Below, one piece after another: positions 30,152 through 45,500 of a stretch of DNA of 64,000 nt. A program made the position numbers and the translations under genes. The notes below the pieces were generated by a model, which was not told where the DNA came from, did no database searches, and saw only the letters and a program-made list of their open reading frames with translations. Location: positions 7,160,201-7,224,200 of the forward strand of contig NC_092679.1 in the NCBI RefSeq assembly GCF_964355755.1. The letters run 5' to 3'. The stretch is from Antedon mediterranea. Taxonomy: Eukaryota; Animalia; Echinodermata. Within the stretch, counting starts at the first letter, position 1. Every line of letters starts with the position of its first letter.

Positions 30152-30405
30152 TTGTGGTCTGGTGGATTAGGATAAATACTTGCACTCACTTCTAGGGTTG
30201 TTCATGGTTCAACTTATAATGATGACGTCACGGCATGAATGTATGATTTTAGTCTAATTACTTCGCGCCAGAAAAGTTCCCCATTGGTCTTGTGGTATGG
30301 AGTGACTACCCAACTTAATGTGAAAACTCATCACAGTGTGGAAAGTCAAATAACAGACTTATAATGTCTAGGCCTACTACAAAATTTGTATTATTATTAT
30401 TATTA
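30152..30405 (+). mobile_element. Degenerate tRNA-derived SINE-like element
   Basis: A-box-like TGGTCTGGTGG, B-box-like GGTTCAA and a terminal (TTA)n tail. The boxes are imperfect. Confidence 0.35.
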
Positions 30406-31579
30406 ATTTTTTCATTATTTGATAATGATGATCAATAACAAATTGACATTTTGTATTTTCACCTTTGTCCTTATTGCAAATACATGTACGACTGTAAACC
30501 GTGACTGTAGGTCACTACAAAGCTGACTTGACTGATTGATTGATTGTCAATTCTTTCATTATCGATGCAGCCTATCTGTTGCTCTATGTCGAGAGGCAAA
30601 TGTATGGAGCGTCATCATGTGACATAATACACATTCTCATTCGAGTTATTACAAGACACATAGTTTACGCGCGCGTACAATTATCGTTAATACGCGCGAC
30701 AAGTATATAGTTTTCAGTTCAGTGTTGTCGAAATTCAAATAGCATTTTAAAAAAGAATATTGCCTTTGTTAAAAAGTGATACGGAATTTGAGGTCTCAAA
30801 ATCTATTAATAAGTAGGCAATTTTTAATAATTACAATAAATGAAACAGTCGTGGTATTTCTCATGGTGTGACATGATTTGGTCATTCGACGAAACAATAG
30901 AAAGAGCGTCAACCTGACGATAAATATAAAGTGTACGCGCACATACATACATAATGTTTTTGATGATGTTGGAAACAATGATGAAAACAAACCAAAAGTA
31001 CGCCCGCATAATTAACTGAAAAAGAACGCCGAACTCATTACAAAATATTCTTTGAAACAAAACTAAATATTGTTAATAAAAGATAAAAATAACATTATTC
31101 CCTGGTTTTATATATTTTTTTTATAGAGACATAAAATGATACAAATCTGGGAAAATTTATGGTATTATTAATTGACTTATAATTTTCATATTCTCTGTTA
31201 ATTTTCAAATATGAAACTCACTTCACAGAGATAAAACTCGACATTCACTTTTGGTTCCGCTTTGTTTTATTTTAGGAGGTCAGTCACCAGGTTCAAAGCA
31301 GATCAACAAAAGAAAGCATTTTAACTAAATAATGAATATTTAGATTTAAATAATTAATATTTAGATAAACAACATTACAGACATCGAAAACTCTTTGTTA
31401 GTTTGTATATTAGTTTCAATAAAAAGTAATACACTAAGGGATGGGCGAGCATGTGTGTGGCACAGATCAAGATTTTCCCGATAGCGAAATTGTTGTTAAA
31501 TAATAGTAAGCAATATTATAAGTTTTAAGGCACTCGTTTGGTTTTTGCGCATGCTTGATTTAATATTTCATTAAAGTTA

Positions 31580-31730
31580 AATCCAAAAGCATATCACTCA
31601 AAAATGATAATGCTGTGGATATCAGTGGCTGATCTCAATGGAGATACAAAATAAAATAAGCAAAAAGCTAAATCAAAACGATAAAGTAACAGCCACAAAA
31701 ATGTGCAGAGCATTCAGGCAACACTAACAT
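31580..31730 (-). repeat. Diverged copy of the Penelope-like pLTR fragment at 50004-50163
   Basis: Shares AAATCCAAA...AATGCTGTGG.TATCA.TGGCTG.ATCTCAATGGAGATACAAAA...AAAAGCTAAATCAAAACGATAAAGTAA...GCAACACTA with 50004-50160. Confidence 0.75.
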
Positions 31731-34700
31731 ACAGTACAGCATTAGAGAAACATCTTATAACAGAACACATTATTCAACTTTCTGAAGAAAAAAAACTAAT
31801 AAAAAAAACTAATACACATAATGACGACAGAATGAAGAGCTAATTTATACGTTCTTGCTGTGAAATAATTGTTCAAACTTTGGTTTTATCGATGGGATTT
31901 AGAAGCTAAATGAAATGCTTAGACTTTGGCAGAATTGTTAAGTCCATTTCGTATGGAGAGACGTTCGTTCAGTTTGGAATATAAGAACATGACAGCTATT
32001 CAGCTTTGAATTTACATAATAAGAACACTTAATTATTTAATTGTATTGAAAACACCGTAATAAAAAACATTATATCCTCTTAAAATCCGTATAATAAATA
32101 AATTCAATTCGCGTTTGTAGAATCGTGCACATGTTTCAATCGATGTCTTTTTTTTAAATCAATTATTTCGCAGTGATTAGAACATAACGTGGGAGCAGAA
32201 ATATGATTTTTTAAATATATTCGAATAATTTTAAACATTGTTTATTTTAACAAATTTAGTTTAAGAAGCTGTACTTGTAATTTTGGTCAATGACGTAACT
32301 GCCCTCATCAGAAAGCGATCTATATCCATTCTGGCATACTTTTGTGAGTCTGCCTGCTGATCCATTTTTTATATTTTGCACTAAAAGGAATACAATAAAA
32401 TATCTGAAATTAAAGAATGAATGAACGAATAACAGACAGATTAAACGCATTTTAAGATACCGTTAATTTGATGCTGTAATATTTATATATGTTCCATAAT
32501 CTGAAGGGGTGGGGTGGGGGAGGGGGAATGTTTTGGATTATGGGAGAAATGGGTCAGATGGCCCTAATTTATTCAGTTTCGCAATGTTAAATTTTACTTC
32601 AAATATTAAAATGTAACATAAACTAGAGACCAGATATTTTGTGGTTGTTATTATTGGGTTTGCATTTACACAGTGATTAAAGTTTCAATTAATGTTCCCG
32701 AAGGCTTGTTATTGATGAGTCGATATGAAAGACTGTGCACTAAGCATCGGCCGTGTTTGCTCGGGGTTCGATTTCTAAGTCAACACCGTAGCTAGAAAAT
32801 TATATTATGGTACAGAGTAGTCGGGGAAACAATGTCTTTGAAAATCCTGTATAATGGATTTCTTTAAGTTTGGGGATATAATTTGAACTGTATACAGCAT
32901 AACCGGGTCACAGTATACACGATGGCTCCTCGAACCTCATTTACGTACAAGATGCAATAATGGTATTCGACGAATAACATCACGTAAACTTATAATTAAA
33001 ATGACCAATCGTGAAAGAGAAGATTATTCTATTAATCAAAATAGATATTGAATCATTACCAAAAGGCTTATTTTTAATTATGAAATCAAAAATCAATAGT
33101 AACTTTGTATTTCAATATAAAATTGGTAAATTAGGCCTGTTTCTGTGGTAACGAATTAATTATCAAAAGGTATGTAATTATGAAAACAAAATTATAAATA
33201 CTTTATAATTATTTCCTTATAAAAATGATAAATAAAAAATTCGAAATCAATTTTATAATATTTTTTCTGTCTCATAATCTAAACTGAACCGTTCTGTATT
33301 CGTTACTCCCTATCATGAAAATCGAAATCGAAAACACGTATTGGTTGAGTACCAAGTTACCGGTACCATGTCTTTTAAACATAATTATTCCAATATGGGG
33401 ATATTGTTTGACGAAATAAATATCAATATTAACACAGTCATGGTATTAATAAATTTGATAATCATTCTCCACCAGTATATGTGATCCTACCTCTGTAAAA
33501 TAAAATAAATATTAACACAGTCAACGAATCATATTGATATTTGTAATAGGCCTAGTTTTACCACCAGTATATGTGATCCGTAGTATACCTTGGGTTTTAG
33601 AAACCCATGCATTAAACTTTAATGTGGAGAAAGTTTGATGGTGAAATTAAAGAAAAAAATAACATTAAATAGTTCAACCGTAAAACATTCACAAAGTTCA
33701 CAGAAAGATTTATTATCGAGAAACTCATTGATAAACATTAACATGAACAAAAGTCGATGTATAATATAATAATAATAATAATAGTGCTGGCCCTACCCTT
33801 AGTTCAACAGTACATATTATGATTCCGAAACATATTATCTACTATTGAATCTTTACTTTTTTTTAATGTGTTGTTTTCTTCGTGTAGTTATTAAAGACTT
33901 TAGTTCCAATCAAATTAAAGTTGGAGAAACTTCTTTACGTTTTTTTTTAAAGCTGGATTGCAGGATTTTGTTATGATTGTACGACATCCGGCCGTTTTCT
34001 CTATATTGATACAGTATTATACTTTATTTTAAAATAGACTTTAATACGCCTACATCATTTTCTTTTTTACAACTAGGCCTATAAAGACGAAAAAATTATA
34101 GTTTTCTGTTCTAATGTGTTTGGTTAGTTATTTGAATTTTCCACTTATATGTGGTTACTAAACACAATTATTAACAACTCACAGACGAGACAAAGTATAA
34201 ATATTTATTTTGAAGTGAACATCCTGAAAACACCCCAGCAATATTGAATATAACTACAACCGGATTCTCGTTCTATATAGTCGACGTGACAAAATATTGC
34301 AAAGACAATTGATATTAGACTTTCACCACCGGTTCGAAGTATTCTGTCAAACGTGACAAAATGACCATGTCAGATATTTGTACTACCGGTTCTTATACAT
34401 CCTGTTGTACGTGACAATGTTAGATATATATTTACTACTGATATATAATTAGTAATATCAGGAAGTAACGTAACATTAATAAAAGTGTCTTACATCATCG
34501 TTAATTGTTTTTGAATTGCCGCAATACGGCTATGATATAGGCTCACGGCGCTTTTAACGTTAAATGTGTTTATATTTAGGAAACAAACGAAGTTATTCAA
34601 ACAAAATTTCGGAATGAAAATGGTAAATTTAAAATGATAAATATTGCACTGTATTATTAATCCAAGCTTGGACAATTTTAGGTGAAACACATTGATAAAA

Positions 34701-36291
34701 CACTCGAAGATAATCCAAAAATTGTTGATGAAACTTTAGAATATAGAATGATAACTTATATAAGAATTAGGCCTATAGTGAATAAAATGAAGTACGGTAT
34801 GACAAAATAATTTGATGTAGCCATGATTGATTGGAGACATAAAACACACACAAACACACAGTTGTAAATTTCTATAATTTATTACTACCTGCAGCTCATT
34901 ATGTAAACACTGCTACTAAGTTTCATGGTTAATAAAGAAAATGAAACTAAATATAATTTTAATATCCTTCTTTAGTACTCTCTAAAACAAAATGCAAATA
35001 ACAGGTTTTTTTGTTGTTTCACTAAATTTACATATTTCGAACTAAATTTACATATTCAAATAATAAAATTGAAAGTAAGCAAGTTAAAGTAAATATATTA
35101 AAGTAATATTCAATTCGAACAAAATTCCTAATGTAAACAAAATGTACAAGTAATGGTATTACGAATAAAATATACAGTACATGCTAAGTTGACGGTATGT
35201 TGTCATAACGCGTCAACTGAAACTTAAACGCATCACCTTCTTTGTTAACGTAAACAAAACAAAAATATTATCTTTCTTTACATAAATGCACATGATCATG
35301 ACAAGTTGAACGAATCAATCAAGGTGAAGAATCCTGTTTTGTTGTTTGTCTTCTTCTAACGTCAAAAAATCTTATATTTACCAATGATTCTCTTATAAAA
35401 TGTAGAAAATGTAGTTTACAATGAATAATTTAAGTAGCAGTAAATCCACTATTACATTTTTGACATTAACAACAACAGTAATGTTTAAACGAAAAATAAT
35501 AATTAATTTTAATACTTACGTAGTTTCAAAGTAAAAAACGGACGGCAGAGTTAATAATACAAACCAGTGAATAAATATGAATGGAATACAATTTTATAAT
35601 AAAGCAATTTCTTTAGAACGCCATATACAATATAACTGGAATGATTTTTTCAAGGCATATTGGACGGTATTTTAATTATCTTAATATGTTATATCTCAAA
35701 ATTAGCTTGACTTCTTTATCTACATTAAGTACTAACCTTTAACAAATATAAAATTTAAACCCTCAAAAAATGTAAAATTGTTTACAAATAACAAGGAAAA
35801 TAATATACACTATACCTACGTTATCTTATTACGCCAAATTTGTGTAAAAATGCAAAAATCAATTTTCCTTTTTTGCATACAGTAAATAAAAATTAATATT
35901 ATATGCAATTGTGCAATATTCGTTGAGAATTGTCACATGACCTCAAATTTAGAAATATTAGCAGTAGATTTGCTGATTACAAATCATTTAAATTCAATAT
36001 CTATATTATCAATAAATCGTTATTCAATAAAAGATTTTAGATAAAATATAAATACTAATAAATCTAATTCTAATAATGTAAATCTAATGTATTTCATTAT
36101 CAATATGCATCAATCAATATCAATAATTATTAATCAATACCAATCAATATTAATAAATAATCAATAAGAAATTATACATTCTTTTGGCAAATACAAACAA
36201 TTTATTTTATTCTTTTTTTAATATCATTTTTTTTTATTTGGTATATTTTCAAATGCTTTTAATTTATTTTCTAACAACATTTTGTATCTTA

Positions 36292-36406
36292 AGCTCTGTC
36301 TACACTATAAAACATTATATGACTAACAAATGTGATGTGTCTATATATGGACATATCACTTCCATATTTGGGCACATCACATTTTGTTGATAGTGTAGAC
36401 AGAGCT
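36292..36406. mobile_element. PIF/Harbinger (Tourist-like) MITE
   Basis: 17-bp TIRs AGCTCTGTCTACACTAT / ATAGTGTAGACAGAGCT, flanked by a TTA target duplication on both sides. It lies ~190 bp downstream of the MIPOL1 stop. A related left half is at 56843-56980. Confidence 0.8.
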
Positions 36407-36594
36407 TTAGGCATACCCAACACAAGAAAATAATCTTCTAAGCACTTGACTTCATTCTCTGATCGACAATAAATACCAATCATTTCTCATGTCTTAAAAC
36501 TATGTAAATAAATGTTATGGAATGAAATATCTAAAATTACTTGCTGTTGCTTAGAAAAATGAAAACATTAAGTTTTTGAACTTTCTTCTTTCAT

Positions 36595-39500
36595 TCAATT
36601 GATGGTTGTTATATTGCCTTCAGCTAGCTTCTTTCTCAACACTACAACAAGTCGCTCAAGTCTGTAAGAAAGAAAAACAAAGAAACAATAGTATATACAA
36701 AAGCTACGAGAATATGATCTTTAGCTATTGAAGACCTGTTGAAAAATAACAAAACATTTTTCCACCTACATGCCATAAACCGAAGAATAATAGAAATATA
36801 TACCGGCAATCATTGAATGCAGTTCACTAGATGGATTCCAAATATGGGGCAGGGTCAGACCAACCAGTCAAATTGAATATAAATCTTCATTTGAAATTAT
36901 CAAATAAAATAATATTAGTCAATAAACTCACATAGAAGACTTAAATCTTCCATGATCTTTTGTAAATTTTGTATACACATTTTATTCACCGAAGAAGCCC
37001 TAACCAGCGAAATGAAGCTACTTTACTTAAAACATTGTACATGCCTTTAAACTTTCTTTGTATTGTTCATATAAGCCAAGACACAAGATCTATATTCATA
37101 TTAATGGATAATCTTTTTGGAAACTATTGCCTGAAATGTTTGAGATTGATTAAATTTACAAATTTATGGCAGAAAACCAAATAAAATCTTCCTTTTTTTT
37201 TAATTATTGGTAATATTTATCAATATCTGCAATGCATTTCCTTTCACTAATTTTATCCATCCACCTACAAATATACAAGTGAACTGATATTACTTTGTAT
37301 TCTATTTTTCCATTTTATGCATAATATTGTTACATCTGAAATTGGTCGAACAAGATTAAATATATTAAAGTTATTTAATGAACACACCCGAGGGAAAACT
37401 AATGATTTCAAATAATTTAGTATTATTAATAAATATCAGCTCACACTACACACGATTTGACTTTCTTAAGTAAACTGATTTAAATTCAGTTTGTGTAACA
37501 AACCGTACATACTATTAAGTATCACTTACCGTTGATATTCTTAATTTAATAATACCACGAAAATCTAAATAGCATGTTTCGTTCACACATGTTCATTCAA
37601 GCGTGATGACCTGCACAAAGGGGGCTTATGGGTACGGTCTTATTTACGCACATGACCGCTTCTCACAGTTACAAAGTTTCGTTGCCAGTATGGTTATTCC
37701 CAAAAAGATTATGATTTTGTTCCCAATTATAATTTGGGAGAAATTAAAATAGTATGATCGGGAGCAGCTGTTAGTATCATATAACATATTAATTATAACC
37801 AGTTGATATTGGTATAATGATGGTATAATGACGGTATGACACAGTTCACACAGATTAGTAATTAAAAACTATTATTCAGAATAATAAGGAATGATGATAT
37901 CATTCATATTATAATATTAATAATGTCTTAAATAGTAGGTATTACCAGCATTGCTAAATATTAAAAACATAACAGATAAATACTACTTGGCAAAATGTAG
38001 AAATTGACAGAGGGTGTACGATTTATTATTACGGACCTTATTCAATACATAAATAATTTTATTAAGTGTTTGTGAGGTCAGAAATATATATATCCATTTC
38101 AATAAGCTTGGTCTAATAATATTATATTGGCAAAAAAATTGGGACGATGACTTTGGGATGTTATCATGCAAAAAAATAAAAAAGGAGCATAGAAAACAGG
38201 AAACATGATTGGCAAATTCTATTTTTAGCATCATGATGTAATGTGAACATTCAAACAATACAATGTTAAAACTGAAAACATACTTGTCACATTTCAGCTT
38301 CAGTTCCCTCTGCACTACAGCGCTTTGCTGTAACTCACTGGCCACGTAGTTTCTCTCGTCCAATGACATCTTCAACTGTGTTGTCAGGTGATTCTTGTCT
38401 GTTTGTGCTTTGATAAGTACTTCATCTCTGGCTTTGACTTGTTCCTCTATGCTGCCAAGAGTATTGTTGAATTGGTCTCTGAGATTTGCTTCTTGCGATA
38501 GTGACTTGTGTAAACTAGTAAATAGAAAATGATATAAAATGTGTTAAAAAACATGAAAAAATGAAGATTAAAAAATCAGACTTTAAATAGGTCATTTTCA
38601 AAAATGTAAAAATTTGAATAAACAAACAGTTAAATTCGACCAACAACCTGTTGGTTTTTGCCTTAAATTACAGTTTTATCAGGTGAATAATTTTTTTTTC
38701 GATCCAAATAAAAAACTTCTATGTGACATTAAAATAGTATATTCAATAAAAAAAAATTATAATTTTTGTTTAGGGGTACAATATATCTTTAAAGAGTTAT
38801 AATTTTATAAATAAATTTTATAATAACTCTTTTTTTATAACATTTTGCAAAATACCTATAATACATCCTGAGGTTTTGCAATTCTTCCTCAAGTTTGCGG
38901 GATTTGGTTATAGCCATGTCTCGTTCCTGTCTCGTGGATTGAAGTTGAATCTAAACAGAATAGAAAATGAAACTGTTACTATCAATTGCATGAAGAACTT
39001 TGAAGCTTATAATTTATAAATTGATTAATAACTTTTAGTCAATAAAATAATGTTAAAATTACATAATGGAAATAATGCAAAAGTGTGTTCAAAGAATGGC
39101 AGTAAATATGGCAGTATTTGTTTTGTATATTCTGAGAAAACATGAATACATTTATGTACTTTACTGTTCAATATTAAGAAAATACTTAGTATTTCAGTGC
39201 AAAGTTTTCGAAATAGATCAACTGATTTTCCAAAAAGAACACAAATTTGTTCTATGAAACGCCATTTTGAATGTAGCCTATTCATGCAAAGTAAAATATT
39301 TGTAAGAATTGTTGACTGAATTTATTTAAAAGTAGATAATTTGTTACTGTGTGTTATTTGACATCGTTAACTAAGAATACAACGCTAAGTAAATGTTAAC
39401 AGAATGAATTGAAATGTCTTAATAAGACAGAAATTCAGCAGTTTCAGGCAGACAGATTATATTACTATTAAATTCTCAAAACTTCAATAATATATTAATC

Positions 39501-42500
39501 ATTGGCAACATATGCCTTTTAGTGTAAACATTCTCACGACGCGAGAAATTCATCGTGTTTCATTACAAGGATTATAACGCCAGAAAACGTTCATTAAGTT
39601 TGGATTATTGGTCAATATATAGCTGTAAAGTGGCACCCTGGGCATGCCGCCGCCGCCGCTGCCGCCGCCTTATTTACTTGTTGCGTTTCAATATAAAAGT
39701 CAATGTATGTCTCAACTGCTCTCTCTCTCATTGATTTTAGTTTCCTGGTGCAAAATTGTCAATAATTAATTTTGATCATCTGTCTAAAATTATTTTGAAT
39801 TTAATAGTATAGATTAAATTTATTTTTCTTCTTAAATTGTTCTTTTTTTTAAGCAAAATGTACAATCATCTTTTGTGTACTTTTAAAAATAAATATGTAT
39901 AATAATAATAAATAATATTAATAAATTAATAAAAATTAAAAAAAAAAAATGTTTTTTTAATTTAATAATTGTTTTCTTCTTAGGTAGATATTTAAACTAA
40001 TAATTGTTTTTTTCTTTATTTTGTAGATAATTGGTATCGCAAATGTTGGAGACAAGACGGGAAAATAACTGTTCCAGAGACCAACGATATCTAAAAACAA
40101 ATTAAAAAATTAATTTATCTAAAACAAGTAATTATAAGTAATTTGTACAATTCCTGAAGATTGCGGCATTTACAGTGGGAAAGTGAATACAAAATGCTGA
40201 CAATTTATTTTATTTATTTGTTTATTATTAATTTCAACAATATTTTATAAGAGTGGTCCATCCAGCCGAAGTTGATTATTAGGGACCTAAAGACATAAAA
40301 AAATTAAATTTAAAAAGATTGAATTTATATAAAAAGAGTGACATTGTTAGTGTTATGTATATAATTATTGTATAAATTCATTTTGTTGGAATAAAATTAA
40401 TCCAATTTGTGTTTTGAAAAAAAATTTTAAATAAAAATAACACATTTTATATGTAATGAAAGCGTTCGACAAATCAATCAGAATTGGATAAAATGTCTTT
40501 TTACCCAAAAAAATTAATAAATTCATATTCAACAAAAACACACTAAAATATTGATTTTGGCAATAAAAATACACTGAACTCTTTCCCTTCAATTGTGATT
40601 TCATTTTTTAGTTTCAAGATTATATTTATTGTGAGAAATAACATGTGGTGGTAGACGCAATTATTGGTAATAAATATTAAGCATACCACATAAATAGGAA
40701 TAATAAAAAAAAACATTATTATATAAGCATGTGTATGAATAGCAATATGTAACATTATGTTTTGCCAATTCTATTTATGATTTATATGATTTAAATTAGG
40801 TTATAAACAAAAGTATTTAAATTTAAAATAATTAAATATCATTTATTATAGAAAAGATTTTTTTAATGTAATTTATTTAATCTAGTACAAATTTGCTAAA
40901 TTAGGAAATAAGTATTCAAATTAGCTAATTTAAATATCCAGGCATTGATTTATCATGTGTTCATTCTAACATGGCCACTATGAAGGTTAGAACAGTAGTC
41001 TGCTGCTTTGTCAGTATTCTTCACACTATTATTCAGCTTATTACCCAACTTTGGGTGAGTTTATTTTGTTAACAATTTATATGAAAGTATTCTGTTAAAT
41101 AATATAGTGGTTATATTATGATTAAAGCTTTAGATTTTCTAGGCCTGTGTCTTCTAGTCTTTACTACTATTCATTGAAAGGTGTACAGGCCTGTACCTCC
41201 TCTACTGTGCAGCAACAACTTGGTTATTTTTAATTTATAACATTTATATTAGTAATCATTTTAGAATACTACTACATTGTAGTAGTGTTGTAGTTTCCTA
41301 TTTGAAAAAAAAAATATTTTAAAATATTACAAAAAAAAAATTTAACAGTGGCACCAGAAAGGGTGTGGGTAGGGGTATGGTTAGGGTCCCCATTGGTGTT
41401 GGTTGTCTCCTTATCATTACCAGGTTTGTTTTGGTGTCTGTCAATGCAAGAATTTGTTTGTTTTGTACTATCACTCTAAAGTTATACAAGTTATATTGTA
41501 ATTTGTTTGCAAAATTCCTGAAAATAAAAATAGTACTTAACAGTGTTTTATAGTTTAGTTTATGAATTTTATTCCAAAGGTGTTGTGGTTTGATAATACC
41601 ATACATAAAATCTTGCTTTGTGAAACATCAATTGAGGTACAAAATTCAATATAACCAATCATAAAGTTGCACAATAGACTACGCAAACCAACTCTAATTT
41701 TGGAAAAGAAAAGAAACCAACCTACGTAAAAGAATAAAGCGCAATATACAAGGCATTGAAAATAATTGTGCTGCTTACAATTACTTCGACTATTGAAAAG
41801 TTTTCAATACAACAATCAAGTTAACAATTTGCTAACCATTAAAATTTGATTGGTTCTGTTGTTGGGAGATGACAATGGTAGTACAGCGGGTCGAGAGCCA
41901 CAGGGTTGGAGCGAGCTGCAATAATCTAACCACCTGTAAAGGTTTCAAAAGCTTCTTATCGCGATATTGAAAGTAAGTCTTTCGATCGTAATGCTACGCC
42001 AATCAACACCTTAAACAATACAAGTGAAGCTAAACCAACAATCGGACAGCTATGTCTTTTACCACAAAGTATGTACCTCAATAAGTTCATCATAATTTAA
42101 CGGTTATTCAACTAAAACTGTCTGTAGTAGGTGGGTCATATTTTACTGCAGGTACTGCACTAATTCTTCACTAATGAACTATATTTATCGTTCATTATTA
42201 AAGTAACTACAAATGAACTAATCTAGTGAATGTAATGAAGTTTTGGCGTAAATAACTGGAAGTTACCAAATGTAGGCAAGGCCATAAGCAATGTGTACCT
42301 GCCGAATAGAAGCAAATAACAAAACAGTCCCCATTACAACATTCTGTATATCTCATTTGTTTATTACTTCAGTCAGTACTAAGTATATAATATAATATTG
42401 ATAGACTATTAATAGTATTATACTTCCCAACAACTTCCTGTATTACTTTTCCACATTTCTTTTTAATCAAAACAACAAATCACAAGTATTAAGAAAGCAA

Positions 42501-45500
42501 AAGGAGATGATGCATATCAATCAAGTATAGCTTTATATTCTCTATCCAAGTACTCTTACTTGCAGTGCTGCTAAGGTTCTGCTAATTTTTCTGAATTTAT
42601 CAGTTTAATTTAGGTTTTTGCTTATTTTATTTGTATCTCCATTGAGATTCAACTACAGCATTGTCATTTTTTCAATAATTTGCCTTTGGATTGATATATA
42701 TTTAGTATATTAAATATATTAAAATTAATCAAAATAACTATACTAAACTAGATTTAATTCGTCACTATATGACGAATTATAGGTTATATGCATTGATTTA
42801 AATAAAGATAATTGATTTTTAAAAGATATATTGATTGATTGATTTTCTCAGAATCTTTAATTATTTATAATATATGATAGGACCTTGCTAACGCGAACAC
42901 CTTAGCCGGTATCACAATCCGGTCAAAGATCCATATGCGTATAATGTCATAAACCACATTTGTTGTTACATAATAATAAAGACATAAGTTACTTTTTATC
43001 TAGATTTCATTATAAATAAATTTGAACAAACAATACGGATAATAAAAAAAAATCTTATTTCGTTTCCCAAGGTGAGACTCGATCTCGGTACCTTGAATGC
43101 CATAGACACGAGCACAGACCATCGAGCCATACACAACTAACTAAAAGTTGTAGAAAAATTCCTCTGTGTATTTACTATGCAGTAACCACTTTGGTGCAAA
43201 TAGATTATTACATACCGCAATGAATTATAATTTTTTACTATGATGACATCTTTAAAAATGTAAAAAATTATGCACTGTCAAACTAAATACTTTTAACTTT
43301 AATATATGAACTTCTTAAGAAAGAAAGTTAATGTTAAGTTGGTTATTTCGGCCTAAGAAAATGTCATAATTTGTTTGATTGTCGAAATTATTTTTTTTAA
43401 ATTTAATATGCAATTAATAAAGACTTAATAAACTTTTGTTCTCTTAATTTGATAATAAATCAAACATATGATACATACACTTCAAGAAAATGAAATAAAA
43501 AATAGGTGTTCCCCAGCATTCTGACGATATATATTAATTTTAAAATTTAGCATATTTTCACCATTTTGTTAACTTATACGTGCGTAGCCTGTCACTTTTG
43601 ACGTGCTCGTATAACGCAATTTCGAGTTGAAAAGTGAATCAAATATGATGATATTATTAAAGAAAGACTGTAAAACAGAAATCGGGCAAAAAGAGTGCGC
43701 ATTAACGTTTAATGCGCAGTGCGCGTGCAAAAATCTGCGCACTCATGGCAATTCTTTAAACGCCTAAAATTGCCTGAAACGTACTCCAATTTCATCGAAA
43801 ATAAATTTTGACAATTTTGAACATTTTAAGCGCGCGTACGCAAGCGTTATATGCGCTACGCACGTAATTGTATTGCCATATGATGAAATATGACCGTGAA
43901 AACATAACCACATCGATTCCTGGCCATAAGGAATATACTCTAAAAAATTGACTTAGCTAGATGAAACTGATGCCAAGATAATTCACAGACAAAATAGTGC
44001 TAAGGAAAGAATAAATAAATAAATAAATAAATAAATAAAGATCCTGACAGAATCAAGAGGTTAGCAATCTGATTGTGAAATGTACAATTTACAGTACTAT
44101 AATACAATATTAGACCATTCCCTACAATTGTTGACGTTTTGTAAAAATAATGCATATAATATTACTTTAAAAACATTAAACCAGGTCATTTTTTGTCTTA
44201 AATGTATGTTTTATGGTAAATTATGATAAAAAGAGAGAAACAATGCACTACCTAAGTAGGTCACAGTGAATGTCCTCTCATGGACGGTCTTTAGGCCTAG
44301 CCTAACTAAGTGTAGTTTTTGTAGGCCTAGCTGGTAAACTGCAGTGACATATGAACATCATATGCTAGGTATAGGCCTAGTCTGACATTGTCTAGTTGCT
44401 GCATTAATTGTCTTTCTGTTTTTGCCAGAATACGTTAAATTGGGGGAAACCTGGTATTTTTGCTGAAAAATTACGATTCTTCCATTTGTTTTTGGCCTTC
44501 ATGATCGATCGAAAGTTGGTGAATTACAGACGAAAAACAAAAATATCAATCCATGCAGAATGCATTGTGGCCGCTTAAATTATTAGAATCAACTTATTTT
44601 TCATATTTTTAACCATTTAAAGAGGAAAAAAGTTATCGCAATAGGACCTTATAGAATTTATTTTTACATTAATGTAGTTTGTGACCTTAGATTAGATCTA
44701 AAAAAACGTAGGGAGTGGGACTTTAACAATTATCTCTATTGCAATATCAAAAAAAGTTGTTTAATCTAGCAAGTTTCTTGTAATTATTTTACACCAAATA
44801 ACACCATAATTACAGAAATAGAGAATTGAATAGAATTAGAGCTATAGGCAAAGTTAAGCAATGGTTGTAATTGTCTAAACGATTTGCTTTTAAAAAACAA
44901 TTTGGTACTGCATACATACTATTTTCCTTCAAGCAATTACGACCTTAGTTGCTATTATAAGATAAATTCAGCAATTCTTGTCAAATGTTTGAGCAAGTAA
45001 AAAGAAGGGTATTAGCGTTTTTACGTGTAATTTGATCATTTGCTGCGGGTAAGACTTACAATCGCTGTTGTTCAATTAGAGGTAGCTTACCTTTTCAAAA
45101 CCACAATCATTCCAAAAATTGTTGGTTCATAATTAAGTCTATTATTAATCAACAAATTAGTAATTAAATAATTATTAATTGAAATTATTTTACAGGTATT
45201 GTACAAACAGTTATGCGAGGTGATTTAAAATGTATCTAAATACTTTAGCCTACAAAGATACTTTATTAATCCAATAGACAAAATATAAGCTTAAATTGCT
45301 ATTTTTTGGCCTAGCCAACCCATACTAGTAGAAAAATATGTATTTCTGGTTGGGAGCTAATTTATTCCAGATTCGGAAAAACACTGATATCCATTTATTA
45401 ATGTTTTTACATTTTCGTATCTACATAACTTTAAAATTTTGTCCTAGTATAGTATAGGCCTAAAATTAATATCAAATACAATTGTTAGATATAATCAATA

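Noticed and set aside
32506-32526. G-quadruplex-capable run GGGGTGGGGTGGGGGAGGGGG, and poly-C at 5990-6006
   Set aside because: Isolated low-complexity tracts with no supporting context.
26000-36200. Numerous 60-90 aa AT-rich ORFs between foxA and MIPOL1
   Set aside because: Phe/Ile/Lys/Asn-biased chance frames with no splice-consistent or domain-like signal.
43066-43133. tRNA gene on the minus strand (also B-box-like motifs at ~32765, ~51340, ~51795)
   Set aside because: A/B-box-like motifs are present but no complete cloverleaf could be folded. These are more likely SINE or tRNA-derived decay products.
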